NCBI GenBank assembly: GCA_051362555.1 | Contig: CM120641.1 | Location: forward strand, 31,130,401-31,194,400 | Direction: 5' to 3' | Source of the DNA: Lingula anatina | Taxonomy: Eukaryota; Animalia; Brachiopoda | DNA: 64,000 bases | Part shown: positions 1 through 10,859 of the stretch, piece by piece | Numbering within the stretch: the first letter of the stretch is position 1 | Layout: each line of letters begins with the position of its first letter | The notes under the pieces: model-generated | Databases searched by the model: none | What the model saw: the letters and a program-made list of their open reading frames with translations, nothing else | What the model was told of the DNA's origin: nothing | Program-made: the position numbers and the translations under genes

Positions 1-639
1 GGGGATATATGGGGACTTTACGACATTCGGTTTGAATGTTTTAACCACTTTTGACAGGGCTTTTTTGCATTGTATTAGATTAATGTGGCAGTCTAAGGTT
101 CATCTAGGTGGCTTTCAAAATTATGCACCCGGTTTTAAAATCATATAGCGATTTTACGACAATCGTTTACTATCCAATCAAGGTGACAGCCGAGCATGTC
201 AGGGCTCATCCTGTCGGTGTTCTGGCTGATACTCCGAAATGCGATCTGACACACACCTTGAAAACGGGTAGTGTGGTCCGATATACCGGTTAATTCAGGA
301 TCCTTAGGTGCCGAGTCTGGTAGTTGGGTAGGCCTGATCCTGAATAGAGGCACTTATCAGGCCCAAGATCAACATGTCCCTTGCATCAGTAATATTGACC
401 CCATTATCTTCAACAACAATTTGAAACATTACATGAAAACAATCGATAAGAGTAATTCACCAACCCGATCTAACTCCAAACCGTCACCCCCTGGGCCTAA
501 ATTTAAAGCCAAATCTCAATGAGGTGGTGCCAACAATCGATAGGTGACTGTACAACTATGAAAACTACCCACAACAAAAAAATAATACACATTACCATCT
601 CATTTGCCGCCCTCATTTGATTAAAAAGTTTTTATGTGC

Positions 640-1300
640 CTACCTCTGTCCATGTCTTGAAGAGACAAATGAATCGCTTCAATTTCTTCTAACGAAAATT
701 GAGTTATACACCCACGTCTTCTATCCTCCCCCTCTGCCACACCAACTTTAAGGTTGCAATTACATGAAAATTGCAAGCGCATGTCTGCCTGATGCTCACA
801 GTCTACACTTCCCTCCACGTGTACTATCTCGCCATTTTCCGAGTCACTGTCAGTATCTGAACATTCATGTGAATCGTCATGTGAATTTATTGGTTTAAAC
901 TTAAATTTGTTTACTGCCGAACTGTTGTTGCTGGCGGAAGTGGAGACATCTTTATGGAATATTAATTAACATATTGTGCTAGTTGAGATTCAGAGCTTTT
1001 TAATGATATGCGACACAATCGGGACCGAAGTGTAGTAAATACGATCTTGTATGACTGAAATTGAACAATTCAGGCAAAGAAATGGGTCACAAACATGGTG
1101 TATGTTACAAAAAAGCACAATATTTATCACTTTCTGAGCTGTTCTGGATAAAATGCTTCTAGCACATGCTAAATTAATGTTTTATAAACCAGTTTCTACC
1201 AAAAATGCAAAATCACCAAAATTGACCCTGTGCGTGATTTTCACCTGTATTGAAAAAAGGCCAGCTGCCACTTATCCCTGATTTTGTCATGACGGGTCAC
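640..1300 (-). mobile_element. 5' end fragment of a Sola-like DNA transposon (terminus plus first transposase exon remnant)
   Basis: The minus strand starts GTGACCCGTCATGACAAAATCAGG next to ATAT (1301-1304, AWWT-type TSD). An open frame at ~950-640 reads an acidic tract, then FSCNCNL...GCITQFSLEEIEAIHLSLQDMDR, followed by a GT donor. This resembles the CxC...C..QFS.EEI N-terminal motif I recall from Sola-type transposases. Family call is tentative. Confidence 0.35.
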
Positions 1301-1316
1301 ATATGTCATGTATGTG

Positions 1317-1416
1317 TCTGGAATATTATCATTTTGTAAAAGTGTCACTTAGATCCCACTTAGTTTAATATACCTGTATGTTCAAAGTGAAAAGGGTAAA
1401 TGTGAACTCATAGATG
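1317..1416 (+). repeat. Local duplicate that is the empty site of MITE copy 1
   Basis: TCTGGAATATTATCATTTTGTAAAAG.GTCACTTA|GATCCCACTTAGTTTAATATA recurs at 1904-2215, where the MITE interrupts it at the TTA. Confidence 0.85.
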
Positions 1417-1853
1417 GAATGAGGGGAGTGCTGGTGAAAAATCTCTGTCAGTCCTTATAAATCTTTATATAAACAAATTTTCATTGTTACATTCTAATGC
1501 CAGTGCACTAGCTGTCTGTTGTGACACAGTATGTGTATGTATATATTCTAATTACTGTGTGTGTCTGTTTTGTAGCTGCAATGTATGTTTTTATCATAAA
1601 ATTATAATATATTTTGATCATTGTGTTATATCTGTGTTGTAACTACTGTATGTGTCTGCATATATTCATTATTAATGATACATTTTCTGATTTCAGCCCA
1701 GATGAAGTTGTTTCTGGATTATCATCTCACTGAGGACAGCAAAATTCATCTGATCACCTTAGAGAACTACAACATGGCAGCTTCAGCACAGGTCAGTGCA
1801 ACAATGATATTACTATACTGGTGATTCTCTTCAGTCCCCCTTTTGAACACCAC

Positions 1854-1856
<3 letters not shown>

Positions 1857-1900
<44 letters not shown>
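1857..1900. repeat. (TA)n microsatellite
   Basis: Perfect TA run. Confidence 0.95.
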
Positions 1901-1904
<4 letters not shown>

Positions 1905-1938
1905 CTGGAATATTATCATTTTGTAAAAGGGTCACTTA

Positions 1939-2164
1939 CACCCCATTTCCATAGATTTTTAGATCGATCTATCCCTGTGGGGAGTCTCACTAGATTACTG
2001 TCAGCTTGGCCGGCTTAAGCGTCTGTCCCGCCTACTAAAAGCTGTAAGGGGGTAATTTACTATGGTGCCCACTCGGTTGACTGCAATTTAGCGTGAACCC
2101 CCAGGGGGTTAGGTCGATCTAAATCTTAATCTTTAGATCGATCTAAATCTCTGGGAAAGCACCC
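1939..2164 (-). mobile_element. TWA-targeting MITE (PIF/Harbinger-like), copy 1
   Basis: Homologous to six other copies in the window. Flanked by TTA/TAA. Inner TIR (A/T)TTYCCA.AGA and repeated AGATCGATCT palindromes. Confidence 0.85.
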
Positions 2165-2220
2165 TAAGATCCCACTTAGTTTAATATATATTCAAACTGA
2201 AAAGGGTTAATGTCGAAATT

Positions 2221-2295
2221 TAAGGGTGAAACGGCGTTGGACGGAGACTTTGCTGCCTTGGCGGAGGACTGCGCTCTCTAAGTGCTTTTCTAGTT
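2221..2295 (+). mobile_element. 3' end of Helentron-associated (HINE-like) element, family C
   Basis: GCCTTGGCGGAGGACTGCGCTCTCTAAGTGCTTTTCTAGTT; the same end occurs at ~58200-58258. Confidence 0.65.
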
Positions 2296-2344
2296 AGGTC
2301 ATGTAATAAATAAAAATGAAATAAGACCAGATGAGAAAAAGGAC

Positions 2345-2662
2345 GTGTTAATGTCACCACCAATATTGGTATATCCAGATATGTTTTGCAAGTTAACATT
2401 AACAACGGAAGCACCTACTTCTGCTATATGTTATATTTTAGGTCAAAAGAATGACAATAATCATGATAGGGTTATTGTGTTTGGAGGGAGATCTTTAAAC
2501 AATGTGGAAAAGAACTACACAATTCACGAGTTAGAATATTTATCAGTAATTGAAGGGATAAAGCAATTTCTTGGTTGCAAAAGGTTAAACATACATCTGG
2601 CAGGCTTATCAGATGGTCATTAAAATTACAAGGCCTAGATTTTGAAATAATTCACAAACCTA
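2345..2662 (+). pseudogene. pol: Gypsy pol remnant (RT connection/RNase H)
   Basis: LMSPPILVYPD...ICYILGQ...VIVFGGRSLNNVEKNYTIHELEYLSVIEGIKQF, then in a shifted frame RLIRWSLKLQGLDFEIIHKP. Confidence 0.85.
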
Positions 2663-2910
2663 TTAATAAGACGTTACAAGGAAGACAAAAAAAAAACGTA
2701 GAAATTAAAGATGAGGATGCTATAATCTATTAAGAGAAGAGTTTACGTATAAAATTTCAAATGACTAGAGATAACAGACACAATAAATAAAATGAAAAAG
2801 GTATGCCAAAAAAAAAAAAAAAGGAAAATGTATAATTTTGGGAATACCAGCCATGCAGCTTAACTGAACCCTAAATGATATCCGGATATCTGTTTTGCCT
2901 ATCTATTCTA

Positions 2911-2938
2911 TCTCTTATGTTTCTTCTCTTTTTCTTAG
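2911..2938 (+). promoter_or_regulatory. Putative env splice acceptor
   Basis: Polypyrimidine tract TTTCTTCTCTTTTTCTTAG directly upstream of the env frame that carries the signal peptide. Confidence 0.55.
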
Positions 2939-5306
2939 ATGAGGATAAGTTGAGCAGCATGCATTGTAAACCAAGGGTATTGACCTTCAGAAGAATGGCT
3001 CTATGGTTTCTCGCGACCATTAGCGTTGTGACAGCTTCTACAACAAAGACGGAGCAGTGCATAAATTATGGTGTTGAGTTCATACCGTTCTCTGATGTAT
3101 TGTTTAATGTAGGCAATTGGTCTCATTCCTTTGAGTTAAAATTAAATTGATGTAATACCAACAAGGTTGACGCTTTGTCCAGATGGACAGATTGGTGACA
3201 ATAAGATAATTAATCCACTTTGTAAAATATGCATGGATAGATGATGCAATACGCACTTTATCGACATTAAAGAATCAAACAATACGTGACTTAAGATTCA
3301 CCCTCAAGACAATATTATATATGATGCCACGAATTAAGTTGCGAAGTATTAAATCGAAAACCAGAAGTAAAAGATCATTGTTACCAACAGGGAATTTATT
3401 TAAAATGCTGTTTGGAGTTTCTAGTGAGTCAGATGTTATGAATTTAAGAAATTATGTTGACAGTTTAAAGAAGGAGACAGTTAATCTGTTTACTAAGCAA
3501 GAGCATCAAATGTCCTTGTTTATCACCACAGTAGACAGTAGAATATATGGAAAACATGAAATCTGCCATTGCAGAAAACCATCAAATTGCAAAGAAATTA
3601 AGTTTTGATTTGAACATTTATGCTAAAAATAGTGAATTAGCAGTGGTTATGTCAAGATTATTTGCACATAAGGAGATGGCGAATTTTCAATTATTATTTT
3701 AATTTCAAAATTTATTAATAGCATGCATTCAGCTGACAAAAGGACAATAGTCATCATTTTAGTTCCACCAGAAGAATTAGGTAGGGTGCTTACCAGAATT
3801 AAAGACAAGTTACGTAAGATGCCAATCCCAATGAAGCTTATTCACTCTAATCCGAGATCTTATTTCCATCATGCTCAATTCACATACGGTTTGTACAAAC
3901 GTTCATTGTATATAACTCTTCAAATCCCCGTAGCATCTAATCCACATGTTTTGAAAGTGTATGAAGTAATTACATATCCAGTTCCGCTTAATCAATCCAC
4001 AAATCACGCATCTCAAATCCTCTACCTTCCCAAATATTTTGCAATTACAAAAGATAGGCAACATTATGCTATTCCTGCGTAATTTACTTGGAGACATTGC
4101 AAAGGTAGCCATTTTAAACTTTGCGTTATAATATCCCACTAATGTCTGCAACTCAGCCAGACTGTACTCTTACACTGTTTTTTAGAGATTTCAGATGAAA
4201 TTCATCTGCTTTGCAATTTTCGATTCATTCACAATGCAATCAAAACACAGATAAGAGATGTTTTGATGAGTCAGTTACTTTTAGTTAACATAACTGACAT
4301 TACCCTGAAATGCCCTAAAACGTCAACCTCTTTAAGTGGCTGTCATTATTGTGTCATTCAAATTCCTTGCTTTTGCAGTTTGAACTTAGACGGTTTTTAT
4401 CTCCCAACCCGAGTGGCAAGTTGTCAAAACAACACTGAGATAACAAAGCTACATCCTATTAATTTAGGTTTGTTGCAATACTTTTATTCACCAATGCAAG
4501 TTGCCAAAATCGGAAGCAACAATTTATTTAGTGAACTTTTAGGTTTGAAATTGAATGTTCTTCAGTTATTTCAACATAATTTTTCCCATTTCCTTGCAAA
4601 AGATTCAGTTGATCATTTGAGCTTACAAAAAATGGCTCAAGCAGCAAAAAGTCAGGAGCAAATCTATTCTATGGCAGATGCTATTCTAGCAGACGAAATA
4701 TTTCATTCGGATGATTCTTCTCAAATACTGGTTTGGATTTCAATAGGGTTGTCAGGCTTATTGCTCGTGATAATAATTGGCCTAGGTATCAGGGTCAGGC
4801 AATTGGCATTAATAGTGGCTTTGCTGAAAAAAGCACGTGGAAATGATATAGTTCCTACTATGCCGTATTGGTTATTAGATAGCACAACAAAAACAAATGA
4901 TAAGCTGAAGGAACTGGTTATCATGGATTCAATGAAATTTCCTATTTTAATAATGCAAATTGTAATTACCATTATCTTTTTGATTTTCCTTGTGGAACAA
5001 ATCAAGAGAAATTTTTTTAAATCTAAGAGAAATACTCTGGCTTTAGAGATTTCCAACAATGAACAATGTATATCATTGCCTATCAGAAAGCTGTCACTAT
5101 GTCCAAAGTACTGGGTTTTTCAAAGTCACCAATCATACTTTGATATTTTAAAGGTTGAAGGTACCTACAGTCCACACCTAACAATAGATTGGCATTGTCT
5201 GCAAATTACAAACATTATAACTAATGAAATCGTTATTTTGGAACGAGCTATCCCATTGTCCATGTTCACAGCTTTTAAACTCAAAAAATTACTCAAGAGT
5301 GTATAA
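2939..5306 (+). pseudogene. env: F-type (class I fusion-like) envelope glycoprotein, disrupted by stops and frameshifts
   Basis: Signal-like MALWFLATISVVTAS; INYGVEF...WSHSFEL; furin site RSKR followed by fusion-peptide-like SLLPTGNLFKMLFGVSSESDV; Cys-rich CHYCVIQIPCFC; N-glycosylation sequons (NQS, NIT, NNT, NFS); TM ILVWISIGLSGLLLVIIIGLGI; second hydrophobic segment plus a ~100-aa tail. Confidence 0.8.
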
Positions 5307-6353
5307 TATGCATTTTTGCGCATTAAACAAGCTAATGCACTTGTCTATATTCAGTTTGAACCATTTGATCACAATGCAGATTAATTTTGTATCCAAGTTG
5401 AATTTGACTTGACTTGCTACATGTCTATAATTAACAAAATGCATTGATCTTTGCGAGGGGACTTTTGGTGTAAGAGGGTGTGTGTACTATCACAGCATTT
5501 TAATGACTCTATGATTGAGTTTTTCTCATTATTACTTCAATGATTTAAGAAACTGATCTATGCACATGTATTATTATTATTGAGAGTGTGCCAGACACAC
5601 AGAACTAACAGGTTACCTAAGTCCTGATTTTTTTTGTAATCATTATGTACTATTTTATGAATTATGATAACATGATTATTTATCTCTTACATATGACTTA
5701 TTAATAATCATTATATTTTGTGTTAATCATGATCATTATTATTAGCATGATGTATTTTACTTACTTTACAATGTTATGAATAATAATGTTTTTTAAACAA
5801 TTATGATTTTGTAAATATGTATCTTATGATTTTTTAAAAAAATTATTTGATTTTGCAGAATCTGGCGAACTTGTTCATCACATTTACATTGATGACAGAA
5901 CTGTAACCTTGTCATTTAAGCTTTTTTAGAACTTACGTAAGCATTCTGTATGTATAAATGAATTATACTTCAAACAACAAAGAGAACCGAATTTTCAGAT
6001 AAGTTTTCATCTGATTTGATAAATTGTGTATTTTGTGGAAGGTTTGATTACCTAGACGAGAAGTTGGACTTTATGAAGTTAATTAGTTGTGCTCATTATT
6101 TGAAGATTATATGGAATATGTGTTGCATCAAATACCATTAGAATTTGGTAATTGGAATTTTAAATACATTGAGCATTAATGCATGCAGCATAGATTTTTG
6201 TAATGGATCTCTTAATACATCGCGAAAGCATGATTAGTTTTGTTAATGTACGAATTGGATATTATTTAGTTTTTGCTTAAAAAAATGAAAAAAAGGAGTG
6301 TATGTTGTAAAGTTTACGAATTCGAGGACAAATTCTTTTGAAGAAGGGGTGTA

Positions 6354-6820
6354 TGTTGTAAAGTGAATGACTTAGACTTTCGCTAATTACAGTTAACAAT
6401 TAAAACAGAATCATATGTGTAAAGGGATAGGCAGTTATTGAGTGCAAGTTAAATTTCTTTAAGTGTCAACAAGTGTAGAGATTGTTCTCAAAGTATAAAA
6501 GGATGGAACATTTCAAAGTCACATATAGTTTGATTTGATTGGTTAATTTTTCAATAGATTTGCACATTTCTAACACGAGTAAAACACATGCAAACTCGAG
6601 ATGGACAAGGTCCAAGCTTGAGTAATTCGAATAATATTTTAAATATTTAAACTTGTCTCTCTGAAATTACCTAATAAAGAAATATTGAATGGTGTTTTGT
6701 AACATGAGAATAGAAAATTCTTTGGAAAATAGAGTATAAGTACTGGTGAAATTGTGTGAAAAATTGAAACGGTGAATAAATGTTTGAAAGCTCCAGATTG
6801 TCGTTATTGTCACTATAATA
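6354..6820 (+). repeat. 3' LTR of the env-bearing Gypsy
   Basis: Follows the PPT. Starts TGTTGTAAAGTGA and ends TCACTATAATA (decayed inverted terminus). Contains TATAAAA (~6494) and AATAAA. The right end is approximate because there is no second LTR to compare. Confidence 0.6.
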
Positions 6821-7016
6821 TTACTGCTGATGTAACGTGAGGAAGCAAATACAACTCAGATATTATCTTTCTTATTATTTATTTAACTACTGTCCAGTTG
6901 TTCTCCCCATTTACATTATGCGCAGTTGTATAAATATCATAAGAGCATGTCAATCAACTAAAGTTACTCTACTAAGCACTTCCCATTCTTATTCACTGCA
7001 TGCTGTCACTAACTAA

Positions 7017-7241
7017 GGATGTATTCCCAGAGATTTAGATCGATCCAGAGATTAAGATTTAGATCGACCTAACTCCCAGGGGGTTCACGCTAAATTGCAG
7101 TCAGCCGAGCGCGCACCATAGTTAATTACCCCCTTACAGTTTTCAATAGGCAGGACAGACGCTTAAGCTGGCTAAGCTGACAGTAATCTAGTGAGACTCC
7201 CCACAGGGATAGATCAATCTAAAATCTATGGAAATGAGGTC
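7017..7241 (+). mobile_element. TWA-targeting MITE, copy 2
   Basis: TAA TSD on both sides; homologous to the other copies. Confidence 0.9.
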
Positions 7242-7690
7242 TAACATTCTAATGAGGCTTTGCGTGGCCACTGCAGCATGATCCACATTGTGTGACGCTG
7301 GTTGTGAGATGATGAAGAATGATGAAGAATCTGCATGAGTGCTATACTCTGGTAGTTGACACACTCCAAGGACCGATATGGTGATATGAACAGTACTGCC
7401 CTCTCTATCCAACTCGTTAATGTATGGGCAGGGGATGGACAAGGCTCTCTCTCTCTCTCTCAGTCCATAGGCAGAACACTGTAGACCCATACCTGCGTGC
7501 AGAGTATTCATATGCCATACACTTTAATTAAGATATGCCCAAGTCTCATTCACCTGAACTTCTTTTTTTAGAGTCACTTACATGTAGGTTATCTGTACCG
7601 GGCAGGTGTGTTATACAGTATAATTTATGTGCAACGCGTATGTTTTAACATCAGACACTTTTCTACATTTTATTTTTTATTTAACACTAA

Positions 7691-7857
7691 AACAAGGCAG
7701 CAAAGCTTCCAAATGTACAGACAAAAAGCTGATAATAATAATAATGCACAAATACAGTCAATTCTGATGCAATAATACATTATGCTTAACTGCAAAGTCA
7801 ACATCGAATTATAATTATACACAACGGGTAGAAAGGATGAAAGTAAAAGCATAAGGC
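7691..7857 (-). mobile_element. HINE family A 3' fragment
   Basis: AACAAGGCAGCAAAGCT..AAATGTACAGACA is the reverse complement of the family A 3' end. Confidence 0.7.
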
Positions 7858-7861
7858 TTAA

Positions 7862-8370
7862 AAGGTTTCTCGTCAGATCTTCGGAATGGCCTGAATGGAG
7901 CATATTCTTCAATAAACATGTCCAACTAACGATATCTTTATCCAAATTCACAGATTAAAAGCTCATTTTGTTAATTTTTGACTTTAAAAAACGTCCTTTT
8001 TGCTTAGCCTGTGAGTTAATGAGCTACGTGGTCACGTGGCCCGATGATGACAATCATGCCACGAGAGGAGAGAGAGACAAGCAACGTGTTTAGCTGTCAA
8101 ACTGAGCTGCATTGTCCACCTGTAAGATGACTTTTCTGGCTTCTGATGAAAGTCCATACTCATTCAAATCTCTTACCCGAGGGGTGTTAATCCTCGTGAA
8201 GCTGTGTAAAGTCATTTCCCGTCTATTCATTTCTTTTACTAGCATTTAATTATGGTTATCCCAAGTTGTATAAAACACTGCATTCGAATGACTTGAGAGT
8301 ACTGTTGATCATTCCATATGAGGTCCATGTTATTTGTGAAATTCAATTCATTTTATTAAACCGTTGCACC
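7862..8370 (-). mobile_element. Isolated terminal fragment of the Kolobok-like family
   Basis: Inverted homolog of ~12975-13474; begins after TTAA. Confidence 0.75.
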
Positions 8371-8499
8371 CTATGGCTCATCGGAATGAAATGCAATAAA
8401 AATATAAAGTCATAAAAACAACAACAATACAAAGTTCTACTAGTAGTAATGATATAAACTCATCAGACTGTCGTTAATCTTAGCTTCGTTGCACATTTT

Positions 8500-8755
8500 A
8501 AGTACTTTCATAGATTGTTTAATTGTGAAACATAGTTATAATGGATAACAATTTCATTAGCTTGAAACCACTTTAATTGCTTTGTTCAAGAAATTTTTGA
8601 TGTATTTCTGCCTAATAGTTCTATAGCAAAAACATTTTTAAATTCTTAAAGGAATAAAATGAACTTCATCCTCAATGTCATCTAAAATACATAGTTTACA
8701 GGTTCTTAATTTTTGTCTGTTTACCTTCCAGTTTCTATAGCTAGATTATGCACTG
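8500..8755 (-). pseudogene. RTE-X-type LINE 3' fragment
   Basis: Minus strand reads HNLAIETGR*...RTCKLCILDDIEDEVHFI with frameshifts, matching the C-terminal motif of the LINE at 44-48 kb. Confidence 0.65.
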
Positions 8756-8797
8756 GCATAACTACAGTAGGCATATGCACGGATGCACTGTGCTCAC

Positions 8798-8847
<50 letters not shown>

Positions 8848-8951
8848 ACCATGATATTATTTTATATAAATTTAGTGTATTTTTCACGGAATATAAAATC
8901 CTCTGCGAGTTTAAGTCACCTGTATGTACAAACCTTCTTTATCTGCATATA

Positions 8952-9163
8952 GTTAGATTGCCAGTATATAGTTTCCTATTCAAGTTCAATAATAACTATG
9001 GCCATATTCTGCCAGTTTTGGGGATATAAGGGAAGAAAACCTTGCTTCAGTTTATAGTGAAAGGTAGGTCAAAGGTCAAAATCAAGGTCACAGATTGCCA
9101 GTTTATGACTTCCTATTCAAGTTCAATAGTTACTATGGGCATATCTGTCAGTTTTGGAGATAT
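8952..9163 (-). repeat. HINE family B ~120-bp internal repeat units (left flank of ISL2EU-1)
   Basis: GACTTCCTATTCAAGTTCAATAGTAACTATGG-type units, as at 35.5-36.4 kb and 53.4-54.4 kb. Confidence 0.85.
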
Positions 9164-9283
9164 TCTTGCAGTTGGATAGCCCACGTGACACCTATGTGTG
9201 CGCGCAGAAAAAAAAACGCATGGGGGCTAACTTCTTAGCAACCGTTATCAGTCTGTGTATAAGACGTGAAGCAAGAGATAAAG

Positions 9284-10811
9284 ATGCCAAAAACTTGCTG
9301 TATAGTTGGCTGTTCTTCGTAAAGTTTTTTGTAATACCTAATGAGAAATTCAGAACGGAAAAATGGCTGGCAGCAATAAACAGGGCAAGGATAAATAGCA
9401 ACGGCAGTGTTGACAGATCAAAACTATGGTCGCTGTGAGGAAGTTCCTCTTATGTCTGCTCTTTGCACTTTTTAACAGGTTAGATGGGTTTTGAATTCTT
9501 TTTAAAGTAGCATATCATATTAATACTACATCTGTGGTAATGGCACCTGCTGACATGGATAAATCAACGATTTTATCATTGTTCAACTTCAAATAATTCG
9601 AGACTGTCGTAAGATTGTGCAGAGTTTTATTTATTTTTGTTTTCTTTATGAAAATTTACAAATCTTGCCAAGCTGACACTAACAGCTGTTGAAAGCTGTT
9701 TCTGTCAGATCGACCAGCTTCCAGTTAATTATTGCAAAGAAAGGTGTTCAGGTGCGCACCTGTGTGGTAATGAATACTGCTACCGTACTGTCTAGTTATA
9801 GATCAGTTAAGCTGTTAGTGTAAGGTCAATCAGTTTCCTATGAATTAGGGCAAGGAAAGGTGTTTTAATTAATGTTCACCTGTGTGATAATGATCAGTGT
9901 GAAATAATTTTGGGTTGACACCTTGATGACACAATTACAGACCAGAGCTGTGCGTTAAATAAGTCTATATCTGGTTCTTTTAAATTTGGAGTTTTTTTAT
10001 GTCAAATCAAAACAAAGCTGGTGCCAAACACTTGAAATCTTTAGGACAAGTACAAGTTTTGTCATAATGAAAAGGCCAAATAATGACGAAGTTCACAAAT
10101 TTTAACTGTTATGAAAAATGCAAATAAAAGTACAAAAAAGTTAGTAACAATTCTTTTTGTTTTTCTTTAGGTCTCAGAGTCAATGATCCTATACACCCTG
10201 ATTACGTGCCAAATGTATTTCCTATCACGTGCTCGGGTGATCCAAAAGGCAGAGATGAAAGTGGATCGATATGAAAGGATTGTAAATCGCTCACAAACCA
10301 ATGGTGAGTGTCTTTGTCACGAATATTACTTTAACAAGTATCTAGTAAGCTGTCTGCTGAAAAAAATGGTCACAAAGTGTATGAAACACATCAGCATGTT
10401 CACATATTGCTCCCTAGAATTAGCATCCAAAGTTTCCTAGAAAATTTTGATTAAACCCATATTGTCAGTATTCTATTGAAAGATTATATTGAAAGAATGT
10501 GGAATGTTTCTTTTAGTGCTTAATTCTTTGTACATTTTGAAATTGATTTTTTTTTAAAAATATCACACAAATTGCTTTCATCAATTCTAATGTCTGCTTT
10601 CCAGTTTAAATCCTTATTCTTCCATTACAGTTCATGATCCTCCAGCAAAGAAGAGATTGATGATGTCTGATCCCACAAAATGTACCATCACACCTGAAAC
10701 TGCAGACTCCCCCAGCCTAGTAGAATCCTCAGATGATGTTACTGGCCACCCTTACAGTGTAGAAGATCTGTCAACCTGTGAAAATCTTGCCAACAGTAGA
10801 GATGAAACTAG
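9284..10811 (+). pseudogene. THAP-domain N-terminus of transposase; exons ~9284-9478, 10171-10303, 10631-10811
   Basis: MPKTCCIVGC...KFFVIP...EKWLAAINR...YVCSLHFLTG spliced (GT-AG, phase 1) to LRVNDPIHPDYVPNVF. Has stops; the DDE core is missing. Confidence 0.8.
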
Positions 10812-10859
10812 GTGTAAGTAATATTGAATTTAAACGAACAACTTCATAGTTCATTTGTT

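Larger units (their letters stand above)
2296..6820 (+). mobile_element. 5'-truncated, internally deleted Ty3/Gypsy LTR retrotransposon with env (errantivirus-like)
   Basis: Order is RNase H remnant, splice acceptor, env, AT-rich 3' UTR, PPT (GAAGAAGGGGTGTA), then an LTR starting TGTTGTAAAG. Confidence 0.85.

Noticed and set aside
4721-5059. Hydrophobic antisense ORF (also 46967-47452)
   Set aside because: Shadow frames of the env and LINE coding strands with no independent motif.
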